Source: Candidatus Woesearchaeota archaeon
Lineage (GTDB): Archaea > Nanobdellota > Nanobdellia > SCGC-AAA011-G17 > CAYUTI01
Direction: 5' to 3'
NCBI GenBank assembly: GCA_964447685.1
Contig: CAYUTI010000001.1
Span: 267,064 to 331,063 of the forward strand
Length of the DNA: 64,000 nt
Shown: positions 1-9,925 of the stretch, in pieces
How positions within the stretch are numbered: the stretch's first letter is position 1
How the letters are laid out: each line of letters opens with the position of its first letter
The notes under the pieces: model-generated
What the model was told of the DNA's origin: nothing
The model's input: the letters and a program-made list of their open reading frames with translations, nothing else
Database searches by the model: none
Position numbers and translations under genes: made by a program

Positions 1-1
1 A

Positions 2-271
2 TTTGGAGCTACTGAAATTATTCAAGGGGTTTCAAGTAGTGTTTCTTTTGATAATAGTGAAACAGGTTATTTGGCTTTAAAACAAGAGTGGAACTTCCCT
101 GAAAATAAGGAGTTTGCTATTAGGATTACTTACCCTGATAGTGAATATACTTATGAACCTGTTGAGCCTTTCCAGCAAGCCAAAGTTTATGTTAGAGAAT
201 GGAAAGATTGGGAGTTAGATACTAATACTGGTGCGAGAGAGGAGGTTACAATAAATGTTAGAGTCTGGTAA
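2..271 (+). CDS. C-terminal fragment of a gene that starts upstream of the window; hypothetical
   Basis: Frame 2 is open from nt 2 with no stop. The listed ORF 71..271 is only its internal-Met portion. Confidence 0.4.
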   Translation, partial: FGATEIIQGVSSSVSFDNSETGYLALKQEWNFPENKEFAIRITYPDSEYTYEPVEPFQQAKVYVREWKDWELDTNTGAREEVTINVRVW

Positions 272-674
272 TAAAGGTTATTTGAGAACCTTAGAGGCTG
301 TAATCGCAATTATTGTTATATTACTATTTATTTATACTGTTACTCCTCGAAATTCTAATGTTGAAGCAGGAGTTCCTTCTAATGTTCAATCTGCTCAGGA
401 TTTTATCTTTAAAGAATTAAGCTTTAATGAGAGTATTAGGAAATGTGTAGTTCAAACTGTAGTTTCTAATGATTGTCAAGGTTGGGTTAACGAGGTTGTT
501 GAAAATAATTCACCTTTTGGTTATACTTTTGATGTTGTAATTTGTGATAAAACTGCTTGTGTTTCTTCTGAACCACCTTTTGATAAGAATGTTTATATGA
601 GTGATGTTTTTATTAGTTCTAGTTTGGAAGAACAAAATCCAAAAATAATAAGAATTTATATGTGGGAAAGTTAA
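255..674 (+). CDS. putative type IV pilin-like protein with class III signal peptide
   Basis: N-terminus NKG|YLRTLEAVIAIIVILLFIY: a charged segment, then Gly, then a hydrophobic helix with Glu near +5/+6, the prepilin-peptidase type. Confidence 0.4.
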   Translation: MLESGNKGYLRTLEAVIAIIVILLFIYTVTPRNSNVEAGVPSNVQSAQDFIFKELSFNESIRKCVVQTVVSNDCQGWVNEVVENNSPFGYTFDVVICDKTACVSSEPPFDKNVYMSDVFISSSLEEQNPKIIRIYMWES

Positions 675-2467
675 GCTTTAATATTGTATTTCTTTTCTAA
701 GCATTTTACAGCCCTTTCTGGAAGTGTACTAGTTTCTAAAAGTAATTCGTACATCTTTGGTCCTTGTTTAAGAGCTTCACAAGCTAGTCCATGAATCTCA
801 GCCATTGCTTCAACTGCAATTCTATATACAACTTCTTGTTCGTCAGCAGTTCCCATACTCATATCTTTAAGAACATCTAAACCTTCAAGACCTTCTCTTA
901 TTTTTGCTTCTAATACTTGATCATCGCCTTCTGTTTTATATCTTCTAATTGATTCTAGGAAATGATCATCTTGAAGTACAGGATAAATCTTTTCTAATAC
1001 TTGTCTTACTAGTGGTTTTGATTGTGCTGTGATATATTTTATTACATTTGGAGGTATTTCTCTTTCAGATCTGATTATATTACCTTCTTGATCAACTTCT
1101 CTAACTGGAACTCTTTCTCCTTCTCTATAACTCACTTCCCTTTTTTTGTAAGCATGAAGTATTGCTTCTTCTGGGATTATGCTACTTAAGACATTGTGAT
1201 GATCTTCTCCACCAGCTTTTACAATATCGTTTCCTGCTTTGATAAAGTATAATAATGCTTCTAAATGAATATTCCTTCCATCAGTTCCTTTTTCTAGGAA
1301 ACCACATACATAATCTATTACACCACTGATAATGCCTTCTCTTATTTCTGCGGTAGCTTCTTTAACTTCTTTAGTAATATGAGTTGTAATTCTTTCTAAT
1401 GCACTTTCATGATGCGGAATTGTAAGATCTTTCATTGCATTTTGATGTGCATAGAAAACATGCATACCCCTTACTTTTTCACTATCTAGATGACTAGTTA
1501 TTTCTATTTCTTCAGGAATACTATATGTTCTTCTGAATTCTTCTGGATTTTTTGTATAAATAATTATCTTTAATGGTTCGTCTTCTTGACGTGATAGCTC
1601 ATTTGATAAAATTGCTTTTAATCCTGTATGATTTGGCATGAAATAATCAAGATCTGTATCTGCATTCAGTTTATCTGGAGTAAGTCTTGCAAATAATGCA
1701 TTTGTTTCCCTCATTGAGAAATCACCATTGAAACCTTTAATTTCTTCAGTTAATCTTTTTCTTTCTTCTTCTTTATGATAATCTAATATCCTGCTTGAAT
1801 CTAATAATACTTGAATCGCATTCATTCTTGCGCAATTTCTAAGTTTTGCTTCATCGGGAATTACAACAATTCCTTTAACTATTTCTTCCATCTCGTTTAT
1901 TTCTTTTTGATATTTTTTTTGTTCTTCAGGAGTTAATCTTTCTTTAGCAATTTCATAACTTTCTTTTGTAGAATCAATTACTGTTCCAACAAGATTTTCG
2001 TCGATATCAATAGTTCCTTCTTTAACTAGGCCTCTTAATCTCATTAAAAATTCAAAGACGGTATCATTAACTTGGGTACTTAAATAAAGTCCTTTTACTC
2101 TATCTTCAGTTGTTAGATGGGCATCAAATATCTTTTCATTCATATCCCATTCTTGTTCTATCTCTTCTAATGTTCTTAATGTTTTTGTAAGTCTCTCTTT
2201 GTACATAGTTTTTAACCTTTCATCACTTTCTAAAACAGTTTTATAAGCCGCCATTAGTTCATTAACTTCTGGAATATCTTCTTGAGGGGTATCTTGTTGT
2301 AGAATTTCTAGTTCAGCTAATTCTTTTTCACATACTCTATTTCTTTCAGCTTTTGAACTATCTAAAATTTTTCTTTGTTTAAGAATTTGGATAATAACAG
2401 GAATCTGATTAGTTGTATCGTCTAATTTTTGTTCTAATTCTTGGAAAATCTCTTTTGTAGCTTCCAT
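671..2467 (-). CDS. large conserved hypothetical protein (598 aa), divergent from archease
   Basis: Long ORF with uniform codon usage and no motif I can assign. Confidence 0.5.
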   Translation of the reverse strand: MEATKEIFQELEQKLDDTTNQIPVIIQILKQRKILDSSKAERNRVCEKELAELEILQQDTPQEDIPEVNELMAAYKTVLESDERLKTMYKERLTKTLRTLEEIEQEWDMNEKIFDAHLTTEDRVKGLYLSTQVNDTVFEFLMRLRGLVKEGTIDIDENLVGTVIDSTKESYEIAKERLTPEEQKKYQKEINEMEEIVKGIVVIPDEAKLRNCARMNAIQVLLDSSRILDYHKEEERKRLTEEIKGFNGDFSMRETNALFARLTPDKLNADTDLDYFMPNHTGLKAILSNELSRQEDEPLKIIIYTKNPEEFRRTYSIPEEIEITSHLDSEKVRGMHVFYAHQNAMKDLTIPHHESALERITTHITKEVKEATAEIREGIISGVIDYVCGFLEKGTDGRNIHLEALLYFIKAGNDIVKAGGEDHHNVLSSIIPEEAILHAYKKREVSYREGERVPVREVDQEGNIIRSEREIPPNVIKYITAQSKPLVRQVLEKIYPVLQDDHFLESIRRYKTEGDDQVLEAKIREGLEGLDVLKDMSMGTADEQEVVYRIAVEAMAEIHGLACEALKQGPKMYELLLETSTLPERAVKCLEKKYNIKA

Positions 2468-2580
2468 TATGTATCTTTTAGTATATACTTCCCTTTATAA
2501 AGCTTTTGCTTTTTAATTACTCTATAGTAGTTAACTACTATTGGGTTAAGTATTTAAATGCAAGGGTTTTCGGTTATGTT

Positions 2581-2994
2581 ATGACTTATGAAAACTTTGA
2601 GCATAAGGCTGATATTGGTGTTAGAGGTATTGGAAATTCTGTAGAAGAGGCGTTTGAGGAGGCTGGAAAGGCGTTATTCTCTGTAATGGTTGATATTGCT
2701 GCTGTTAAGCCTTCAAATGGGATTAAAATAGAGTGTGGGGCTAGTAATGTTGAAGAATTGTTTGTGGAGTGGTTAAATGCTTTATTGGCTGAAGCTGATA
2801 TCTATGGAATGATGTTTTCTGAGTTTAAGATTGAAGAAATCAAGAATAATAAGATAATTGGAAGTGCTAGAGGTGAAAAATTGAGTAAAGAGAGACATAG
2901 TCCTAAGATTGAAGTTAAAGCTGCTACTTATTCTGGTTTGAAAGTTGTTGAAGAAAATGGTAAGTGGGTTGCTGAGTGTATTGTTGATGTTTAA
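2581..2994 (+). CDS. archease (RtcB activator)
   Basis: MTYENFEHKADIGVRGIG...; FEH(T/K)ADIG is the archease N-terminal signature; ~138 aa from the internal ATG at 2581. Confidence 0.85.
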   Translation: MTYENFEHKADIGVRGIGNSVEEAFEEAGKALFSVMVDIAAVKPSNGIKIECGASNVEELFVEWLNALLAEADIYGMMFSEFKIEEIKNNKIIGSARGEKLSKERHSPKIEVKAATYSGLKVVEENGKWVAECIVDV

Positions 2995-3995
2995 ATTTCT
3001 ACTAATTCATATTCTTTAGAGCCTAAACCAATTTTTTCTGCATAATCTAGAGTATGTTGACCTCTAAAATCGTGTTTAAGTAAGTCCATTGTTGCTTTGT
3101 CTATTGCTACTGGATCTAGTGAAGCTAGAATTCCTAAGTCTGGTAGGAAAGGTTTCATTTCTTTACCTGCACAGTCGCATTGTTTTGTTATATTGAAAAC
3201 ATATTGGATGTAAATATTATTCTTTTTGTGAGAAGCTAAAGCATGTTCTGCTATTTTTTCGTAGAAAGTATTTGGTGTTCTTAATCCTAGCCAGTTTATT
3301 TTTACTGCATTATATGGACAAACTGCAATACATGCTGCACAACCTATACATAATTTGTGATCTATATGAGGAATCTTAGTTATTTTAGTTGCTTTAGTAG
3401 GACAGTGTTTTACACAAGTCATACATTTTTGACATGCTATCGGGTTGATGATTGGTTTTGAATCAGAATGTTGTTCAAGTTTTCCTCCTCTTGATGCGTA
3501 ACCCATTGCTAATTGTTTAATTGCTCCACCAAAACCTGCCATGATATGACCTTTGAAGTGAGAGATAACTATCATCTGTTTGTAGTTTTGAAATTCTTTA
3601 CCTATTTTACAAGTTTTGAAATGTTTTTGATTGATAGGTACTTCTATAAAATCTTCTCCATGTTCACCATCTGCTATGATAATTGGAAGTTGAGTAAAGC
3701 CATGTTTTTTTGCTAGTTTTTTGTGTTTTTCTGCTCTTGTTCTTTCTCCTCTGTACAGTACATTTGTTTCTATATAAGCAGATTTTATTTTATTCTTTTT
3801 AAGAAATTTAATAATGCCTAAAAAGTTTTTAGGTTCTATGAAAGTTTTATTTCCTTTTTCTCCAAAATGAACTTTAAGAGGTATAGTTTCTTCTAGAGGT
3901 AAGTCTTTAGTTATAATCTTTAATAGCTCTTCTGAAGCTTTGTTTATTTCTTCAGTTTCTTTATATGAAGCTATTCTTTTGAAGTATACTTTCAT
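2991..3995 (-). CDS. DUF362 domain protein with 2x[4Fe-4S] ferredoxin motif
   Basis: CQKCMTCVKHCP and CIGCAACIAVCP CxxCxxCxxxCP pairs; N-terminal DUF362-like region. Confidence 0.6.
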   Translation of the reverse strand: MKVYFKRIASYKETEEINKASEELLKIITKDLPLEETIPLKVHFGEKGNKTFIEPKNFLGIIKFLKKNKIKSAYIETNVLYRGERTRAEKHKKLAKKHGFTQLPIIIADGEHGEDFIEVPINQKHFKTCKIGKEFQNYKQMIVISHFKGHIMAGFGGAIKQLAMGYASRGGKLEQHSDSKPIINPIACQKCMTCVKHCPTKATKITKIPHIDHKLCIGCAACIAVCPYNAVKINWLGLRTPNTFYEKIAEHALASHKKNNIYIQYVFNITKQCDCAGKEMKPFLPDLGILASLDPVAIDKATMDLLKHDFRGQHTLDYAEKIGLGSKEYELVEI

Positions 3996-4083
3996 GAGTT
4001 TTTAAATAATTAAATATATATTTAAGATTATTGTTTTATAGTTACGAAATGTTTATAATTGGTGTTTCTTTTAAACTATTAAA

Positions 4084-4320
4084 ATGAAAACTGCAATATT
4101 AATACATCCTCCAGAAGGGGAAAAAACAAGTTGTTATCGTGAAGAGGTCCCTATTTTAGAGGATATATCTGTAGAAGCAATTCTTGAAGGTTTAGGTGCT
4201 CAGGCTCTTGTTCCAAGAGTTCAAGAAAGTGATAATGCTCCTGCTGCTGAATTTGATTATTCTGCTAAGAAAACAAATGGTTCTTTGAAGGCTGGAGTTA
4301 CTTATCTTGTTCTTAAATAA
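4084..4320 (+). CDS. small hypothetical protein
   Basis: 78-aa ORF in a gap between convergent genes. Confidence 0.3.
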   Translation: MKTAILIHPPEGEKTSCYREEVPILEDISVEAILEGLGAQALVPRVQESDNAPAAEFDYSAKKTNGSLKAGVTYLVLK

Positions 4321-4325
4321 ATTTT

Positions 4326-5753
4326 TTATCCTTTTATATTTCCTATAGGTTTCATTCTAACTACTTTTTTAGCTAGTTTTGCTTGATCTATTGAATCTAT
4401 AACATCTGTTACGTCTTTATATGAGCCAGGTGCTTCTTCTGCTAAACCTGGTAAAGAGTGACCTTTAACATAAATACCTTTTTTTTCTAGAGAGGTAACT
4501 ATTTTATCTCCACGCCAAGTTTTTTTAGCTTGAGTTCTTGACATGTTTCTTCCTGCTCCGTGAGCTGCTGAACCAAATGCTTTTTCTTCTCCTTCTTCTG
4601 TTCCTACTAGGATATATGAAGGTGTGCCCATTGTTCCACCGATGATAACTGGTTGACCTACTCCTTGGTAAACTTTTGGTAAGTCTTCTCTGTTTGGTCC
4701 GAAAGCTCTAGTTGCACCTTTTCTATGAACATAAAGTTCTTTCATTTTGTTATCTACTTTGTGTTTTTCTTTTTTTACTGTGTTATGTCCTATATTATAT
4801 AACATATCTAGTTCTGATTCTGGAAAAACTTTTTTGAAAGCTTGTCTTGTGAAGTGAACTATCATCTGTCTGTTTGCGAAAGCATAGTTTATTGCACAGT
4901 TTACTGCTGAGATATATTTTTGACCTTCATCTGATTCTATTGGTGCACAAACTAATTCTCGTTCTCTAATTGGAATATTATATTTTCTTGATGCATCTGC
5001 TAATATTTTTAAGTAATCTGTTCCTATTTGATGACCTAGTGCTCTTGAACCACAATGAATACTAACTATGATTTGGTTTTCTCTTAAATCGAAAGCTTCT
5101 GCTGTTTTTTTGTCAAAGATTTTATCTATTGCTTGGACTTCTAGGTAGTGGTTTCCTGAACCTAAAGTTCCTATTTGTTTTTTCTCTCTTCTAATTGCTA
5201 AATCGCTGACATGTTCTGGAAGTGCTCCATCTACTTTTCCGTTTTCTTCTATAAACTGTAAGTCTTCTTTTTTTCCATAACCATTATTTACTACCCATTC
5301 TGCGCCATCTACTAGAACATCATTAATTTTATTTCCTGGAAGTTCGATTTCTCCTCTAGAACCTAGGCCTGCTGGAACTGTGTTGAATAAAGTATCTACT
5401 AGTTTTTTTATTTTAGATTGAATCATTGGTAGGGTTAAGTTTGTTTTAACTGTTACAACACCACAGTTTACATCAAAACCCACTCCACCTACAGAAACTA
5501 CTCCTTCTTTTGCATCAAAAGCACCTACTCCGCCTATTGGATAACCGTAGCCCCAGTGAGCATCTGGTAATGCGATAGAAGCTTTTTGAATTCCTGGTAA
5601 ACATGCTACGTTTGATACTTGTTCCCAGACCTTTTCGTCCATCTCTTGGATTAAGGTTTTATTTGCAAAGATCTTTCCTGGGACGAGCATATCACCTGTT
5701 TTTGGAATTTCCCATTCGAAATCAGAGTGCTTTTTTAATTTCTTGATTTCCAT
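4326..5753 (-). CDS. rtcB: RNA-splicing ligase RtcB
   Basis: HWGYGYPIGGV, NCGV, GSGNHY and HGAGR metal/GTP-binding motifs; 475 aa, no intein. Confidence 0.95.
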   Translation of the reverse strand: MEIKKLKKHSDFEWEIPKTGDMLVPGKIFANKTLIQEMDEKVWEQVSNVACLPGIQKASIALPDAHWGYGYPIGGVGAFDAKEGVVSVGGVGFDVNCGVVTVKTNLTLPMIQSKIKKLVDTLFNTVPAGLGSRGEIELPGNKINDVLVDGAEWVVNNGYGKKEDLQFIEENGKVDGALPEHVSDLAIRREKKQIGTLGSGNHYLEVQAIDKIFDKKTAEAFDLRENQIIVSIHCGSRALGHQIGTDYLKILADASRKYNIPIRERELVCAPIESDEGQKYISAVNCAINYAFANRQMIVHFTRQAFKKVFPESELDMLYNIGHNTVKKEKHKVDNKMKELYVHRKGATRAFGPNREDLPKVYQGVGQPVIIGGTMGTPSYILVGTEEGEEKAFGSAAHGAGRNMSRTQAKKTWRGDKIVTSLEKKGIYVKGHSLPGLAEEAPGSYKDVTDVIDSIDQAKLAKKVVRMKPIGNIKG

Positions 5754-5872
5754 TAAGTTAAGTTAGGATTTTAGTTATAAAAAGGTTTCTATGTTCTATA
5801 TATTCTACTACCGAAAGCTTTAATAATAAATTAGGGTCATATAAATAGTACTTTAAAAAGGGGATAAAACAC

Positions 5873-6505
5873 ATGGTAAAATTTATGAATTTTTTGAATA
5901 AGTTCATTTCTCAGTTTTTTAAGAAAAAGAAGAATCTGAAGTTGGGATTATATGGTCCTCCTAATGGGGGTAAGAGTACTTTAGCTAATAAAATTTGTAT
6001 GGATTGGTTAGGTCAAGAGATGAGTAAAACAAGTAATATTGCTCATGAGACTAGAGAAGTTAAGATCCAAGAAAAAATAAATATTAAATCTAAAGATGGT
6101 AAAGAATTATCATTTAATATTGTTGATACTCCTGGTATTGCTACTAAAATTGATTATGAAGAGTTCTTGAAACATAGAATGACTAAAAAGGTTGCTAAGC
6201 AAAGAGCTAAAGAAGCAACTAAAGGTGTAATTGATGCTATAAAGTGGTTAGATAATATGGATGCTGTTGTTGTAGTATTAGACAGTACAGAGAATCCTTA
6301 TAATCAAGTAAATGTAACTATTATCGGGAACTTGGCTGCTAGGAATATCCCAGTTTTAATTGCAGCTAATAAAGTTGATTTGAAAAAATCTGATATTAAG
6401 AAGATTGAGAGCGCATTTCCACAATATCCTGTGGTTGGAGTCTCAGCACTAAAAGGAAACAACATTGAAGATTTTTACGACAGTTTATTTAAATTGGTGA
6501 GGTGA
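5873..6505 (+). CDS. small GTPase (MMR_HSR1-like)
   Basis: G1 GPPNGGKST, G3 DTPG, G4 NKVD. Confidence 0.8.
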   Translation: MVKFMNFLNKFISQFFKKKKNLKLGLYGPPNGGKSTLANKICMDWLGQEMSKTSNIAHETREVKIQEKINIKSKDGKELSFNIVDTPGIATKIDYEEFLKHRMTKKVAKQRAKEATKGVIDAIKWLDNMDAVVVVLDSTENPYNQVNVTIIGNLAARNIPVLIAANKVDLKKSDIKKIESAFPQYPVVGVSALKGNNIEDFYDSLFKLVR

Positions 6506-6888
6506 AAATGTTAACATTACAATTTATACCATATGAGGAAATACAAGGATTAGAATCTGAAAAAAGGATTGTTAAAATTCTAGACGTAGTTAAAAACAAT
6601 AAAATAGTTTTGTTGCAAGGTAGACTAAAAAGTGCTGAAGAAACTGAACTTATACAGAGAACGATGGAGAGTATAAATAGTAAATTTAAAGGTATTGAAT
6701 TATGTACTATTTATCCAGAAGCTAAAGATATGCAAACTTTAGAGAAAATAAGAAAGGGTGTTGTTAAAGTTTTATTAGGAAATAGAGAGGGCTTGACTAT
6801 TGTTGGTCCTGCTAGTATTGTTAAGGAAATTAAGAAGAATCCTGGTAAAATTGAATTATTAACTAAAGAAGTGCGTAGGAAGAAATAA
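6502..6888 (+). CDS. DUF2073-like protein
   Basis: Start overlaps the GTPase stop; this is the archaeal GTPase/DUF2073/Zn-ribbon gene order. Confidence 0.45.
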   Translation: MKMLTLQFIPYEEIQGLESEKRIVKILDVVKNNKIVLLQGRLKSAEETELIQRTMESINSKFKGIELCTIYPEAKDMQTLEKIRKGVVKVLLGNREGLTIVGPASIVKEIKKNPGKIELLTKEVRRKK

Positions 6889-7256
6889 TGCCACACCAAT
6901 GTGTAAAATGTAATAAAATATATGAAGATGCTAGTGAAGAGTTATTAAAAGGATGTACGTGTGGCGGTAAATTTTTCTTTTTTGTTAGGAAAAAAGATAT
7001 TGAGGAAGCTCAAAAAATTACTATTAACTTAACTTCTCAAGATAAAGAAGAAATTGAGAAAGATGTTAAAGAGATAATTGGTAAAGAGTTTGATGAGACT
7101 AAACCTGTTATTTTAGATCTTGAGAGTATTCGTGTTCTAAAACCTGGTAAGTATGAATTAGATTTAGTTGAATTGTTCCAGGGGAAACCTTTAGTTTATA
7201 GATTAGAAGATGGTAAGTATTTTATTGATATTGCTGCTAGTCTTGGGAAACATTGA
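6888..7256 (+). CDS. Zn-ribbon protein (DUF2072-like)
   Basis: CVKCN...CTCGGKFF CxxC..CxC ribbon at the N-terminus. Confidence 0.5.
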   Translation: MPHQCVKCNKIYEDASEELLKGCTCGGKFFFFVRKKDIEEAQKITINLTSQDKEEIEKDVKEIIGKEFDETKPVILDLESIRVLKPGKYELDLVELFQGKPLVYRLEDGKYFIDIAASLGKH

Positions 7257-7434
7257 CATAGTTGCTTATATAATCTTGGTCTGGTTTATCTTCAATTTTA
7301 TTTTGGAATCTCCAGTAACCTAGAATTGTTAATCCATGAGAATTTACTTGTTCATCTTCTTTAGATTGAATAAACAGGGGTAATTTTATCATTCTTGTTT
7401 TATCTTCTGAATCTATGTAGTTTATTGTTTGCAT
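7237..7434 (-). CDS. small hypothetical ORF
   Basis: 65-aa ORF in a convergent gap; weak. Confidence 0.2.
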   Translation of the reverse strand: MQTINYIDSEDKTRMIKLPLFIQSKEDEQVNSHGLTILGYWRFQNKIEDKPDQDYISNYVNVSQD

Positions 7435-7469
7435 TTTAATATATATTTTGTAGAATCTATTTAAAAAGA

Positions 7470-9323
7470 TTATGTTTTGAAGAATTCTTTAACTTTGTCT
7501 TCTGGTAAGGCTGTTGTTGTGAAGTGTAGGTCTTTTGGAAAGCATTTTTGGTAGTTTCTCCAGGAATATCTTTCGTCCATAAAAGCTATAACTCCTCTGT
7601 CATCTTTTGATCTTATGCAACGACCTGCATTTTGTAAAGTAGTTATAATTGCTGGATATATATAGCCGTAATCCCAGCCTTTTTGATATTTGTGATCATA
7701 GTATGCTATTAGTTCTTGAGTTTCTAAGTTTGGTTTTGCTAATGGAATGCCTACAACTATTACGCCTTTAAGTAAATCTCCTGGTAGATCAATACCTTCT
7801 GCATAGGAACCTGAACTTACACCTAGTAAAACTGCTCCTGTATTTTTGTAGGTTTTGAATTTTTCAATTAGTTCTTGCTTTTCTTTTTTGTTTAGGTTTG
7901 AATCTTCTAAGAAAGTAGTTTTGTTACACAGGGTTTGGAAGTAGTAGTTTATTTCATCTCTTAATGAGTAAGATGGAAAGAAGATTGCGGAGTTTCCTGG
8001 AATTAAGTTTACTATATTTGCGCAGTGTTTAGCGATTTTTTCATACATTTCTTTTGAACGTTGAGTGTATTTAGTTGAGATGGTGGGTATAATGAAGTTT
8101 AATCTGTTTTCTTTTGGGAAAGGATTATCTAGTTCTAGAGTTTCTGCGTCTTTGAAACCTAGTAAGTCTTCGTAAAGTTCTACTGGTGCTAGAGTTCCTG
8201 ACATTAATATTAAGGAATGAGCTTGTTGAATTAATGGTAGAGTAGCTATTGAAGGATCTAAACATCTGTAGGTTAAAGCTAGGAAGGGTTTTCCGTCTCT
8301 TGTGAAATCTCTGGTTAGTATTCTTGCAAAACCTGTGTCTTGACCTAGCCAGGCTTCTAAGAATGATGATAAGGAAGAGAGATATGATTTCTTTTTTTCT
8401 TCTCTTATTTCGTCTGCTGCTAATTCTAGTTGAGTGGTTAGTTCTTCATAGTCTTTTATTTGTGAGGAGAATTCTGATTTTTTAATTATTCTTTCTGTTT
8501 TGTTAAGTTCTAGTTTTTTTGATAGGTTGTTTAATGTGATGTTTAAGTTTTCTATCTCTGGTTCTAGATCTTCAAAGAAAAAGTTTTTTGCTTCTTTTTT
8601 TGATCTATCTATTAGGAAGGTTGATAGTGTGTGAGTGAATAGATCTCTTGTTTTGTTTGGAATGTTATGGGCTTCATCGAAAATGATAATTGATTGAGGA
8701 AGTTCTTTTTCTGTTTTTTGGAATAGGGTTTCTCTTATTGATGGTGCTAATATATGATAATAGTCTGCTATTATTATTTGTGCTTCTTTTGCTAGTTCAC
8801 ATTGCATTTCAAAAGGACAGACTTTATTTTCTGTGCAGATCTTACAAGTTTCTTCTATTGGGATGGGGTTTTGTTCTTTAAGAATTTCTAGAGTATGCTT
8901 CTTTTTGAATTTGTTTTTTAGATTTTGGAAGTATTCACAAGTTCCTTTTTCTCTGACTTCTTTACAATATTCTCCGAATTCACTTGAAGATAATAAGTCT
9001 GTTCCTGCAACTGGACACATCCATTTTTTACCTATGAAATCGGCTGCTAGAAATCTGGTTTTGTATTTGTTCTTTATTAATTTTAGAGTTTCTATTGCTA
9101 TATGATGTTGAGTATGTCTTGGAGTTATGAAGAAGATTGTTTTTTTGTTATCTATTGCATATTTTAGAGTTGGAGCTATGATTGTTGTTTTACCTATGCC
9201 TGTTGGTGCGTGTGCTAGAAGATGCTTCTTTTTTTTAATTGTTTCTAGTGCTTTTGCTAAAAGAATCTCTTGAGTAGGTCTTATTTCATCGTAAGGGAAA
9301 AGAATTTCCTCTTTTTTGAGCAT
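7470..9323 (-). CDS. xpd: XPD/Rad3-family FeS DNA helicase
   Basis: Walker A AHAPTGIGKTT, DEAH-box FDEAHN, and a four-Cys FeS insertion (CPVAGTD..C..C..C). Confidence 0.8.
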   Translation of the reverse strand: MLKKEEILFPYDEIRPTQEILLAKALETIKKKKHLLAHAPTGIGKTTIIAPTLKYAIDNKKTIFFITPRHTQHHIAIETLKLIKNKYKTRFLAADFIGKKWMCPVAGTDLLSSSEFGEYCKEVREKGTCEYFQNLKNKFKKKHTLEILKEQNPIPIEETCKICTENKVCPFEMQCELAKEAQIIIADYYHILAPSIRETLFQKTEKELPQSIIIFDEAHNIPNKTRDLFTHTLSTFLIDRSKKEAKNFFFEDLEPEIENLNITLNNLSKKLELNKTERIIKKSEFSSQIKDYEELTTQLELAADEIREEKKKSYLSSLSSFLEAWLGQDTGFARILTRDFTRDGKPFLALTYRCLDPSIATLPLIQQAHSLILMSGTLAPVELYEDLLGFKDAETLELDNPFPKENRLNFIIPTISTKYTQRSKEMYEKIAKHCANIVNLIPGNSAIFFPSYSLRDEINYYFQTLCNKTTFLEDSNLNKKEKQELIEKFKTYKNTGAVLLGVSSGSYAEGIDLPGDLLKGVIVVGIPLAKPNLETQELIAYYDHKYQKGWDYGYIYPAIITTLQNAGRCIRSKDDRGVIAFMDERYSWRNYQKCFPKDLHFTTTALPEDKVKEFFKT

Positions 9324-9434
9324 TTAGTTCTTGAGAGTAAAGTAGTATATATAGATTGTTGTAGTTTAGTTTGGTACTATTATATAATGGTAATGAATGG
9401 AAAGATTTAAAAATTATTTTTTTGACTTTTTATT

Positions 9435-9890
9435 ATGACAGTGAGAGGAAACCCTAAGTTTAGGATGAATATACATGAAATGCAAGTTGGAGATAGGGGG
9501 TATACTCTTTGTTGGGCTTTATCTTATGATTTTGATGGAACCCCTTATCTTAATACTCGTTATCCTGTTTATCAAGAACGAAGGGGAACTGTGAAGTTAC
9601 CTATTTTAAGAAAAGGTCCTGGTGATGCTGATTTTATTATAGACATTAGGGATGTGAATTATGTATGGGACAAGCGTGATATGTCTAATTATCCTGATTA
9701 TTTCGTTCGATTGGAGACATCTTTGGACCAAGGAATTGAAGATATTATGATTTCTGAAGAAAATGGTTTATTAGATGAGACTTTTTCTCTTGATAGATTA
9801 ACTAATCAATTAAATAAGGCAGTTGCATCTGAGAATTATGAATTGGCTGCTAAGCTTCGTGATGAGATTAATGAGTTTCTTGGTTTTTAG
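9435..9890 (+). CDS. hypothetical protein with C-terminal UVR (UvrB/C) motif
   Basis: C-terminal LNKAVASENYELAAKLRDEINEF matches the UVR domain pattern. Confidence 0.5.
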   Translation: MTVRGNPKFRMNIHEMQVGDRGYTLCWALSYDFDGTPYLNTRYPVYQERRGTVKLPILRKGPGDADFIIDIRDVNYVWDKRDMSNYPDYFVRLETSLDQGIEDIMISEENGLLDETFSLDRLTNQLNKAVASENYELAAKLRDEINEFLGF

Positions 9891-9925
9891 TAAACTATTT
9901 AAACTATTATATATAGTATAAAACT

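Noticed and set aside
8690-9105. ORFs 8690..8881 and 8833..9105 inside the XPD helicase gene
   Set aside because: Antisense, hydrophobic low-complexity translations; XPD motifs on the minus strand are convincing.
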